From NCBI GenBank assembly GCA_044379055.1, contig JBIPOQ010000001.1, positions 1-29,951 on the forward strand: a stretch of DNA of 29,951 bases, written 5' to 3'. This document shows, piece after piece, positions 1-7,779 of this stretch. The notes beneath the pieces are model-generated. The model did not search any database and had not been told where the DNA came from. It saw nothing but the letters and a program-made list of their open reading frames with translations. Made by a program: the position numbers and the translations under genes. This stretch comes from Myxococcota bacterium. Lineage in GTDB: Bacteria; Myxococcota_A; UBA9160; UBA4427. The number at the start of each line of letters is the position of its first letter. Position 1 is the first letter of the stretch.

Positions 1-327
1 CATCTGCTCCATACCCCGGGCCACACGCCCGGCAGCCAGTGCTTCCTCGTCTCCGAGACCGACGCCTCGGGCAGCCGCCCCGGCCAGCTCGTCGCCGGCG
101 ACACGCTCTTCCTCGACAGCTGCGGTCGCGTCGACCTGCCCGGCAGCGATCCGCGCGCGATGTACGAGAGCCTCGCCGCCCTGCGCCGCCTGCCCGACGA
201 GACGACGCTCTTCCCGGGCCATCTCTACTCCCCAGAGGGGCACGACGCCCTCGGCCACCAGAAGCGCACGAACCCGTACCTGCGCGCTGCCAGCGTCGAG
301 CATTTTCTCGAGCTGATGGGCTACTAG
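1..327 (+). CDS. MBL-fold metallo-hydrolase (glyoxalase II-like), 5'-truncated by the window edge
   Basis: Frame +1 from base 1 reads HLLHTPGHTPGSQCFLV...AGDTLFLDSCGRVDLPGSD...LFPGH...NPYL to TAG at 325-327. HTPGH, GDTLF and PGH are MBL-fold metal-ligand motifs. Not in the ORF track because the start is upstream of the window. Confidence 0.9.
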   Translation, partial: HLLHTPGHTPGSQCFLVSETDASGSRPGQLVAGDTLFLDSCGRVDLPGSDPRAMYESLAALRRLPDETTLFPGHLYSPEGHDALGHQKRTNPYLRAASVEHFLELMGY

Positions 328-409
328 CGGCTCGTCGGACCCGTCGCGCCCGCGGCCTCCGCGACCGCGTTCGAGGCGTGCGAACGACTCGCCGCCCTGA
401 TTCGTTGCG

Positions 410-438
410 TTGAAATGGGCACCCCCGGGCTGTAGAGT
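410..438 (+). promoter_or_regulatory. Candidate sigma70-type promoter for etfBA
   Basis: TTGAAA (410-415), 17-nt spacer, TAGAGT (433-438), about 78 nt upstream of the etfB ATG; GGAGG Shine-Dalgarno at about 502-506. Confidence 0.55.
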
Positions 439-515
439 GCGGGCGTTCGAAAACCCGGCCGTCCGCGTCGGGACCATGCGATTAACCGCTTCATTTCTAT
501 CGGAGGCTCGCCCCC

Positions 516-1298
516 ATGAAGGTCATGGTGTGCCTGAAGCAGGTGCCCCATCAGGACGCACGTCTCGACGTGAAGTCCGATGGCTCCTGGATCCAGGAAG
601 ACAACATCAAGTTCGAGATCAACAGCTACGACACCTACGCCGTCGAGGAAGCCCTCCGGATGAAGGACAAGTCGGGGGCCGAAGTCGTCGTCGTGTCGAT
701 CGGTCCGGACCGCGTGACCCAGGCCCTGCGCACGGCGCTCGGCATGGGCGCCGATCGAGCCATCCACGTCAACGATCCCGCGGCGATCGGCGCCGACTCG
801 CTCGGCACCGCCAAGATCCTCGCCGCGATCGCGAAGGCCGAGAACGCCGACGTGATCTTCGCCGGCCTGATGGCCGACGACGGCAACGGCGCCGCGATCC
901 CGCCGATGGTGGCCGAGCTGCTCGACATCCCGTCGGCGACCGGCGTGCTCGCGATGACCGCGGACGGCGGCTCGATCACGGCCGAGCGCGAGCTCGAGGG
1001 CGGCGCTCTCGAGGTCGTCCAGATGCCGACGCCGTGCCTGATCGCGATCCAGAGCGGAGCCAACCAGGTCCGTTATGCGTCGCTCAAGGGCATCATGCAG
1101 GCGAAGAAGAAGCCGGTCGACGTGAAGAGCCTGGCCGACCTCGGCCTCGCGGGCAGCGTCGGCGGCACGAGCAACAAGACGGCGATGAAGAAGATCTACG
1201 TGCCGAAGAAGGGCGATTCCGCCGAGATCCTGAAGGGATCGACGGACGAAATCGTGGCCCAGCTCGTCACCAAGATCAAAGAGCTCGGCCTGCTCTAG
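516..1298 (+). CDS. etfB: Electron transfer flavoprotein subunit beta (EtfB/FixA family)
   Basis: 260 aa; MKVMVCLKQVP N-terminus, INSYDTYAVEEAL, ALGMGADRAIHV, RYASLKGIMQAKKKP motifs; directly followed by etfA. Confidence 0.96.
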   Translation: MKVMVCLKQVPHQDARLDVKSDGSWIQEDNIKFEINSYDTYAVEEALRMKDKSGAEVVVVSIGPDRVTQALRTALGMGADRAIHVNDPAAIGADSLGTAKILAAIAKAENADVIFAGLMADDGNGAAIPPMVAELLDIPSATGVLAMTADGGSITAERELEGGALEVVQMPTPCLIAIQSGANQVRYASLKGIMQAKKKPVDVKSLADLGLAGSVGGTSNKTAMKKIYVPKKGDSAEILKGSTDEIVAQLVTKIKELGLL

Positions 1299-1302
1299 AA
1301 CC

Positions 1303-1339
1303 CGATCGCGCTTCGGCCGCGGGCCGGGACGCGCGATCG
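1303..1339 (+). other. Intercistronic stem-loop between etfB and etfA
   Basis: CGATCGCGC (1303-1311) pairs with GCGCGATCG (1331-1339); inner CGGCC/GGCCG stem around a GCG loop; no U-tract. Confidence 0.5.
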
Positions 1340-1364
1340 CTCACGAGGACAAGAGGAGAAAACG

Positions 1365-2330
1365 ATGGGAACCATCCTCGTCGTTGCAGAGATTTCGAAA
1401 GGCGCGATCCGCGAGGCTTCGTACGAGCTCGTCGCGATCGCCCGCGAGCTGGCCAGCGCCGGCGGTCACGAGGTCAACGGCCTCGTGATCGGCTCGGGCG
1501 TCGGCGATCTCGCCAAGACCTTCGCCGGCAAGGGCGCGGGCAAGACGTACGTCGTCGATTCGGCGGCGGCCGCCAACTACAACCCGGAGGTCTACGGCAA
1601 GGCGATCAAGGCCGCGGCGAAGGCCGCGGGCGCCTCGCTCGTGCTGATCTCCAACACGCCGACGGGCTGGGACGTCGCGCCGCGGGTCGCCGCGGGCCTC
1701 GACTGCGCCTTCGTGTCGGACTGCTTCAAGGCCTCGGCGGCGGGGGCGGACTTCACGTTCGTGCGCCGCGTGTTCAACGGCAAGCTCGACGCCGAGATCA
1801 GCGCGACGGGCCAGACCGTCGCGACGATCCAGCCGGGTGCGGTCGCGGCCTTCACGGGCTCGAGCGACGGCGCGACGGAAGCGCTGACGGTCGATCTCGG
1901 AGCGAAGAGCAAGTTCGTCGAGATCAAGATCGCCCAGTCGACGGGCGTCGACCTGACGAAGGCCGACGTCATCGTCTCGGGCGGCCGCGGCGTCGGCGCG
2001 CCGGAGAAGTTCCCGGAGGTCATCCAGCCGCTGGCCGACGCGCTCGGCGGCGCGATGGGCGCCTCGCGGCCGGTGGTCGACGCGGGCTGGCTCGACCATC
2101 CCTACCAGGTCGGCTCGTCGGGCCAGATCGTCGCCCCGAAGCTGTACATCGCGGCGGGCATCTCCGGCGCGATCCAGCACCTCGTCGGCATGAAGGCCTC
2201 GAACTTCATCATCGCGATCAACAAGGATCCCGACGCCCCGATCTTCGAGGTCGCGAACATCGGCGTCGTCGCGGATCTCTTCGAGATCGTGCCGGCGCTG
2301 ACCGCGGCGGTGAAGGCGGCGAAGGGCTAG
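1365..2330 (+). CDS. etfA: Electron transfer flavoprotein subunit alpha (EtfA/FixB family)
   Basis: 321 aa; [56 protein letters not shown] motifs; strong AGAGGAG RBS. Confidence 0.96.
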   Translation: MGTILVVAEISKGAIREASYELVAIARELASAGGHEVNGLVIGSGVGDLAKTFAGKGAGKTYVVDSAAAANYNPEVYGKAIKAAAKAAGASLVLISNTPTGWDVAPRVAAGLDCAFVSDCFKASAAGADFTFVRRVFNGKLDAEISATGQTVATIQPGAVAAFTGSSDGATEALTVDLGAKSKFVEIKIAQSTGVDLTKADVIVSGGRGVGAPEKFPEVIQPLADALGGAMGASRPVVDAGWLDHPYQVGSSGQIVAPKLYIAAGISGAIQHLVGMKASNFIIAINKDPDAPIFEVANIGVVADLFEIVPALTAAVKAAKG

Positions 2331-2372
2331 GCCCGAACCGTCCGACTCGGCCGCCCGGCGGCCCAGCCATTC

Positions 2373-2411
2373 GAAGGGGCTCGTCGCGCAAGCGACGGGC
2401 CCCTTTCGTTT
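2373..2411 (+). terminator. Intrinsic terminator after etfA, possibly bidirectional (convergent genes)
   Basis: 14-15 bp stem AAGGGGCTCGTCGC / GCGACGGGCCCCTT with GCAA (GNRA) loop at 2388-2391, ending in TTTCGTTT. Confidence 0.75.
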
Positions 2412-2439
2412 GGGGCGTTTCGAGCGAGCGTCGTCGGCT

Positions 2440-3084
2440 TCAGGGCGCCGAGCCGGCATCGATCTCCATCGATTCGACGAAGGCCCGCAGCCGCTCCCCG
2501 TTGGTCTCCGCCGTCTCCTCGCTGAAGGCCCCCGTCACGATCAGGAGCGTCGAAGGCGTCCGCGGAAAGAGGTACTGGAGGGACCGGGTCTTCTGGACCG
2601 GGTTGTTCCAGTCGAGGAAGAAGGCCCGCTTCCCGCCGACTTGCTGGAGCTCGCAGCGTCGCAAGGCCACCGGGGCTCGCAGCGCGTCGGAGAGCTGGCG
2701 CAACGTCATGGCGCACGTCAGGGGGACGGCGGCCTGCGAGGGAGGAAGCGCTCCCGGCGTGCGCAGGACGTTCACGTTGTCGCGAAACGCCGGCGTCCCC
2801 GTCGCGAGAAAGAGAAACTCCATGTCGCCCGACTCGACGCTCGCGCGCACGCTCGCGAGCATGGCGGGGTCGACGGTCTCGACGCCGGCGCCCTCGCTCG
2901 CCTCCGTCAGCAGCGGGAGCATCTCGCGATCGACGAGGGTCCAGTCCGACGGGATCGCGACGCGGTAGCCTATCGCGCTCGAATGGACTTCCCGGGTGGC
3001 GTCCTCCTTCGGCGTGGCGCAGGCGAGCGCGCCGGCGAGCAAGGCGGCGAAGGCGATCGGGACGAGCAATCGGAATCGTGTCAC
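2440..3084 (-). CDS. Hypothetical lipoprotein (possible PsbP/DcrB-like fold)
   Basis: GTG at 3084 preceded by GAGGAGG; 214 aa; signal peptide TRFRLLVPIAFAALLAGALA-C with lipobox. The ORF-track start at 3258 is probably too far upstream. Confidence 0.75.
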   Translation of the reverse strand: MTRFRLLVPIAFAALLAGALACATPKEDATREVHSSAIGYRVAIPSDWTLVDREMLPLLTEASEGAGVETVDPAMLASVRASVESGDMEFLFLATGTPAFRDNVNVLRTPGALPPSQAAVPLTCAMTLRQLSDALRAPVALRRCELQQVGGKRAFFLDWNNPVQKTRSLQYLFPRTPSTLLIVTGAFSEETAETNGERLRAFVESMEIDAGSAP

Positions 3085-3290
3085 CCGGGCCTCCTCTCGT
3101 CGGTCCGCCGAGCACGGTAGCCCGACACCCCCTCGCGTCCAGCGACGCCGATCGACGAGCCCCGCATCCCCCGTTACACCGTCGGCGGACTCGGGACAAA
3201 CCCGTATTTCGCCGCGCCCCGCACCGATTCGGCGACACAATCCTGCGCAGCGCTCCACACCGGATCACCCCCGCCTACCGGGAGATCCTC

Positions 3291-4145
3291 GTGCACCGCT
3301 TCGCCTCCTTCGCTTCGCGCCTCGTCGCTGGACTCGTCCTCCCTCTCGTCCTCCCTCTCGTTCCGACCGGCCCGGCCCACGCCGCCGAGATCCTCGATCT
3401 CGATCGCCGCGTGCTCACGTCGAGCTTCGTCGAGTCCTATGTCTCGATCAGCGACGACGATGCCGTCGGCTTCCAATCCCCCGACGCCGGGACGTTCCTC
3501 GAGGCCGCCGTCGGCGGCTCCCGGATCGGCGACGTCACCAACGCCTTCGGCGAGGCCTTCCAGGAGACCGACGTCCGCTTCGATCTCGGCGACGGATTCC
3601 GGATCGAAGGATCCGGCGGGACGGGCTTCGGCATCGACATCCAGGACCCCGGCTTCCCCTCGCGCGCCCAGGGCCAGTCGGACACGAGCCTGACGATCAC
3701 GTTCGAGGTCACGACGCCGCTCGAGTTCGCCCTCGGCCTCGCGCTCTCCGCCGACCTCGTCCAGCTCGAGATCCTCTCCGGCGCGGGCCCCGTCTCGGGC
3801 ACGGTCTCAGCCTTCGCACGGCTCTATGGCCTCTCGAGCGGCTTCCTCCTCGACCTCGCGATCGAGGACGACACGGCAGGCGGTCCCGCCGTCGAGGCGT
3901 CCCGCGTGCTTTCGGGCGTGCTGCTGCCCGACGTCTACGTCTTCGAGCTCGGCGCGCTCACGGCGCTGCGCGGCTTCGAGGATTCGGTCGGCCTCGCCCA
4001 GGCGGGCTTCGGCGTCGACTTCGTCGCCCTGCCCGTCCCCGTCCCCGAGCCGGGCACGGCCCTGCTCGTCGCGCTCGGGCTCGGCGCGCTCTCGTCCGGG
4101 CGAGGACTTCGCAGCGATCGAGGGACGAGCGAGCGCGACGCCTGA
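3291..4145 (+). CDS. PEP-CTERM sorting domain-containing secreted protein
   Basis: GTG at 3291 after GGAG; signal peptide ending AHA; C-terminal VPVPEPGTALLVALGLGAL followed by scattered Arg; 284 aa. Confidence 0.85.
   Translation: MHRFASFASRLVAGLVLPLVLPLVPTGPAHAAEILDLDRRVLTSSFVESYVSISDDDAVGFQSPDAGTFLEAAVGGSRIGDVTNAFGEAFQETDVRFDLGDGFRIEGSGGTGFGIDIQDPGFPSRAQGQSDTSLTITFEVTTPLEFALGLALSADLVQLEILSGAGPVSGTVSAFARLYGLSSGFLLDLAIEDDTAGGPAVEASRVLSGVLLPDVYVFELGALTALRGFEDSVGLAQAGFGVDFVALPVPVPEPGTALLVALGLGALSSGRGLRSDRGTSERDA
3333..3361 (+). repeat. 12-bp tandem repeat (CTCGTCCTCCCT x2 plus partial copy) in the signal-peptide coding region
   Basis: Directly visible; encodes LVLP-LVLP-LV. Confidence 0.8.
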
Positions 4146-4166
4146 ACGCGAGCGGTCGGTGCGGGT

Positions 4167-4652
4167 CTAGAGCTCCGCGCGGTCGCCCACGCGGAGCTCG
4201 CCCTCGCTCCGGATGCGGCAGACGACGCCCGCCCGCCGCGCCAGGGCGAGGCGGACGTCGCGTCCGAAGGCGTCGTCGAGCAGCTTGCACGGCGCCGCAT
4301 CGCGCACGACCTCGAGCTCGACCTCGCCGATGCGGATGCGATGTCCCGGCGTCCGCGGCAGCCGTCCCGCGGAGAGCGTGACGTTGCGGCGCGTCTGGCC
4401 TGGATCGATCGCGCGACCGTGCTTGCGCGCCGCCTCCTCGAGCTCCTCGAGCGACTGCACCGTCACGTGGCGCGTCCGCGAGCCGTGGTAGCGATCGCCG
4501 ACCAGCCCCTTGCCCGCTTCGGCCTGCACCGACGCGACGGCGCGCATCGGCAGTCGCCGCGCCTTCGCGACGTGGATCGAGACGACGACGGGGCACGCTT
4601 CCGACTCGGGCGCCACGGCCGACGCTCCCCCCTCCCCTGCACCTTCAGTCAT
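4167..4652 (-). CDS. MOSC domain-containing protein (YiiM-like, without 3-alpha domain)
   Basis: GLVGDRY, TRRNV, IRIGEVELEV, APCKLLD (conserved Cys), RAGVVCRI..G.LRVGD. The ATG at 4652 overlaps the RND stop (ATGACTGA); 161 aa. Confidence 0.85.
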   Translation of the reverse strand: MTEGAGEGGASAVAPESEACPVVVSIHVAKARRLPMRAVASVQAEAGKGLVGDRYHGSRTRHVTVQSLEELEEAARKHGRAIDPGQTRRNVTLSAGRLPRTPGHRIRIGEVELEVVRDAAPCKLLDDAFGRDVRLALARRAGVVCRIRSEGELRVGDRAEL

Positions 4653-7600
4653 GCGGCTGTCCGCTCGCCTCGGACGGCGACGGTACGCGGAAGATCCACG
4701 CATAGAGCACGGGCGCGAGGCCGAGCGTCAACACCGTCGCGAACGCGAGACCGAACGCGATCGTGATCGCCATGTCGTAGAAGAGCGGATCGCGCGAGAC
4801 GAGGATCGGGACCATGCCGAGGATGGTCGTGAGCGTGGTCATCAGGATCGGGCGCAACCGGGCGAGGCAGGCCGCGACGATTGCGTCGTAGGGGGCGCGC
4901 CCGGCCTTCTGCTCGATGTCGATCTGCTCGAGCATCACGATCGCGTTGTTCACCACGATCCCGACCAGACTGAGCACGCCGAGCAGCGCCATGAAGCTGT
5001 TGTAGCCCTGGCCCACGAGGAGCCCGATCGCGACGCCCGTGAATGCGAGCGGGATCGTGAGCAGCACGACGATCGCCTTGCGCAGGGAGTTGAACTGACC
5101 GACCAGGCAGATCAGCACGCCGAAGAGGCAGAGCGGAACGAAGGCGAAGAGCGCGGCCTGTGCCTTCGCCTGCCCCTCCGTCTCGCCGCCCCACTCCCAT
5201 CGGAAGCCATCGCCGAGCTCGGCCACCAGGGCGTCGATGCGGGCGCCGACGGCGTCCTGCAGCTCGACCGCCGTCAGCGCCGGGCTGCTCGCCCTGACGG
5301 TCACCGTCGGCGCGAAGTCGCGGCGACGGATCAGGCTGAAGGTGTTCTCCGCCCGCACGTCCGCGATCTGGATCAGCGGAACGGCCGCCTCGCTCCGGCT
5401 CGAGAGGACGCTCGCCGTGAGCAGACGATCCGTCGTCTGCCGCTCGGCGGCGACGGCCCGCCCGCGGATCGGAATCTGGTCGTCACCTTCGCGCAGCGTC
5501 GTCGGCATGCCGCCTTCGAGGATCATGCGCAGCGAGTTCGCGATCTCCTCGTGCGTGACCCCCGCACGGCGCGCCCGCGTCGGGTCGATCTCGACGACTG
5601 CCTTCGTGACCAGGTTCTCCCAGTCGCCGTAGACGTTCAATACGTGGGGCGTCGAGGCCAGGAGGTCGCGGACCCGTCGACCCGCCTCGTAGAGCTTCTC
5701 GCGCTGCCCTGGCAGCCCGAGGGCCGAGATCCTCGCCTCGACGAGACCGGTCTCGACACTCCCGAGGAACATCCGCTTCGCCATCACGTCGACCGCCGGA
5801 AAGCGGGTGCGCGCCTCCGAGCGGATCCGCTCGAGGACCGGCTCGACCTGATCGAGGGAGGCCAGCGTGACGAGGATGAAGCCCATGTTCGGCGCCGCGG
5901 GCTCGGGCGCGATCGTGACGAAGAAGCGGACCCCGCCGCTGCCAACGTAGGTCAGGGTCCGCTCGACTTCGGGGTTCTCCGACTCGTCTTCGAGCCACGC
6001 GGTGAGCTCCCGGAGGCGGCGGTCCGTCTCGCGGATGCCGTTTCCGGCGGGCAGCTTCACGTCGACGAGGATCTGAGGTCGATCCGAACGGGGCATGAAC
6101 TGCTTCGGCACGAAGCCGAAGAGCCAGAGGCCGAGCGCGAAGACCCCCACCATCGAGATCAGGAAGACGGCGCGATGGCGCAGCAGCAGCCCGAGGGCGC
6201 CCGCGTACAGACGCGCCGTCCGTCCAGGCTGATCGGGCGGCGCGACCGCCCCCCCTTCGCCACTCGGCCCGGCCATTCCCGGCGCGCCCTCGGGCGCCGC
6301 AGGCTGCAGAAACCGAGCGCAGAGGATCGGCGTCACCGTCATCGCCAGCACCCACGACGTCGCGAGCGCGATCAGGATGACCTGGGCCATCGAGCGCAGG
6401 TACTCGCCGGAGGCGTGCGGCGCGAGCGCGAGCGGAACGAACATCAACACCGTGGTGATCGAAGAGGTCAGCAGCGGGACGGCGAGCGTCCCGCCGGCCT
6501 GCGTCGCGGCGTCGTTCCGGCTCTCTCCCTGCGCGAGCCGATTGCCGATTTCCTCCGCCATCACGATCGCGTTGTCGACCAGCAGGCCGAGCGCGACGAT
6601 CAACGTCATGAGCGAGATCCGCTGCATGGCGATGCCGGAGGCGTACATCACGAGCAGCGTGACGAGCATGGTCAGCGGGACGTGCAGGCCGACGATCAGC
6701 CCCGTCCGAACGCCCAGAAAGCCGATGATCACGACGAGCACGATCGCGATCGTCTGACCGAGGTTGCTGCGCACGGCGGCGACGGCGCGGGCCACGTGGG
6801 TGGGCTGGTAGTTGCCGACTTCCAGCTGCATGCCGACCGGGAGCCGGGCCTCGATCGACTCGATGCGCTCGACGATGCGCGGGCCGAGCTCGAGCACGTT
6901 CGCGCCCTCGGCCATGCTGACGCCGATCAGGATCGCCTGCTCGCCGTCCGAGAAGAAGGGCCCACGGGGCGGATCGACGTAGCCTCGCCGGACGGTGGCG
7001 ACGTCGCCGAGCCGGATGCTGCGGCCCGTGCCGGGGATCTCGACGACGACCTGGGCGATGTCTTCCGCGCTCTTCAGCTCACCGCGAGGCTGCACGATGA
7101 TCTCGCGCTGTCCGGTGTCGACGCTCCCGCCCGGCAGCACGACGTTCTGCGAGACCAGCGCGTCGCGCAGGACGGAGACCGAGAAGCCGAGCTGGGCGAG
7201 CTGCGCCGTCGAGAACTCGATCCAGATCGTCTCGTCCTGCACCCCGTAGAGATCGACGCGCTTCACGCCCTCGACGAGGTGGAGCGCGTCCTGGACCAGC
7301 TTGGCGGCCTCGTGCAGCTGGGCGAGCGAGAATCCCTCGCCCGTGAGCGCCACGCTGACGACCGTGACGTCGCCGAAATCGTCGTTGACGAAGGGGCCGA
7401 CGACGCCCTGCGGCAGCCCGGGCGTCGCGTCGATCACCTTGTTTCGGACGCTCTGCCAGATCTCCGGAAGCTCCTCGCGGCCATAGCGGTCGAGGACCTT
7501 GATCCGGACCTCGGAGTAGCCGTGTCGCGACCAGGACTGGATGTAGTCGCGCTGCGGAATCCGCGCGAGCGCGCGCTCGAGGGGCCGTGTCACGAGCAGC

Positions 7601-7779
7601 TCGACGTCGCGCACGTCCATGCCCGGAAGATGGGTCGTCACGACGGCATCCCGGACCGTGATCGGCGGATCCTCCTGACTCGGAAAGCCCGGCAGGATCA
7701 TGAGGCTGCCGACGAAGAGCGCGAAGACGATCGTCAGGACGAGCGGCTGGTTGCGCAGCGCGAAGCCGGTCAGGTTCAT
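4645..7779 (-). CDS. RND efflux transporter permease subunit (AcrB/AcrD/AcrF family)
   Basis: 1044 aa from MNLTGFALRNQ; FPSQEDPPIT, GLLVDNAIV, GIVVNNAIV, RLRPILMTTLTT motifs; two large periplasmic loops; ATGA overlap with the upstream MFP gene. Confidence 0.95.
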   Translation of the reverse strand: MNLTGFALRNQPLVLTIVFALFVGSLMILPGFPSQEDPPITVRDAVVTTHLPGMDVRDVELLVTRPLERALARIPQRDYIQSWSRHGYSEVRIKVLDRYGREELPEIWQSVRNKVIDATPGLPQGVVGPFVNDDFGDVTVVSVALTGEGFSLAQLHEAAKLVQDALHLVEGVKRVDLYGVQDETIWIEFSTAQLAQLGFSVSVLRDALVSQNVVLPGGSVDTGQREIIVQPRGELKSAEDIAQVVVEIPGTGRSIRLGDVATVRRGYVDPPRGPFFSDGEQAILIGVSMAEGANVLELGPRIVERIESIEARLPVGMQLEVGNYQPTHVARAVAAVRSNLGQTIAIVLVVIIGFLGVRTGLIVGLHVPLTMLVTLLVMYASGIAMQRISLMTLIVALGLLVDNAIVMAEEIGNRLAQGESRNDAATQAGGTLAVPLLTSSITTVLMFVPLALAPHASGEYLRSMAQVILIALATSWVLAMTVTPILCARFLQPAAPEGAPGMAGPSGEGGAVAPPDQPGRTARLYAGALGLLLRHRAVFLISMVGVFALGLWLFGFVPKQFMPRSDRPQILVDVKLPAGNGIRETDRRLRELTAWLEDESENPEVERTLTYVGSGGVRFFVTIAPEPAAPNMGFILVTLASLDQVEPVLERIRSEARTRFPAVDVMAKRMFLGSVETGLVEARISALGLPGQREKLYEAGRRVRDLLASTPHVLNVYGDWENLVTKAVVEIDPTRARRAGVTHEEIANSLRMILEGGMPTTLREGDDQIPIRGRAVAAERQTTDRLLTASVLSSRSEAAVPLIQIADVRAENTFSLIRRRDFAPTVTVRASSPALTAVELQDAVGARIDALVAELGDGFRWEWGGETEGQAKAQAALFAFVPLCLFGVLICLVGQFNSLRKAIVVLLTIPLAFTGVAIGLLVGQGYNSFMALLGVLSLVGIVVNNAIVMLEQIDIEQKAGRAPYDAIVAACLARLRPILMTTLTTILGMVPILVSRDPLFYDMAITIAFGLAFATVLTLGLAPVLYAWIFRVPSPSEASGQPHD

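Noticed and set aside
410-2968. 852-aa plus-strand ORF over etfBA, and similar Arg/Pro-rich off-frame ORFs (39-413, 2996-4381, 14420-17389, 25463-27757)
   Set aside because: Alternative frames of real genes; low-complexity Arg/Gly/Pro composition typical of GC-rich shadow frames.
3085-3290. Sigma54 promoter or enhancer upstream of the PEP-CTERM genes (also checked 26885-26990)
   Set aside because: No GG-N10-GC element with correct spacing found; the nearest match upstream of the second gene has N9 spacing.
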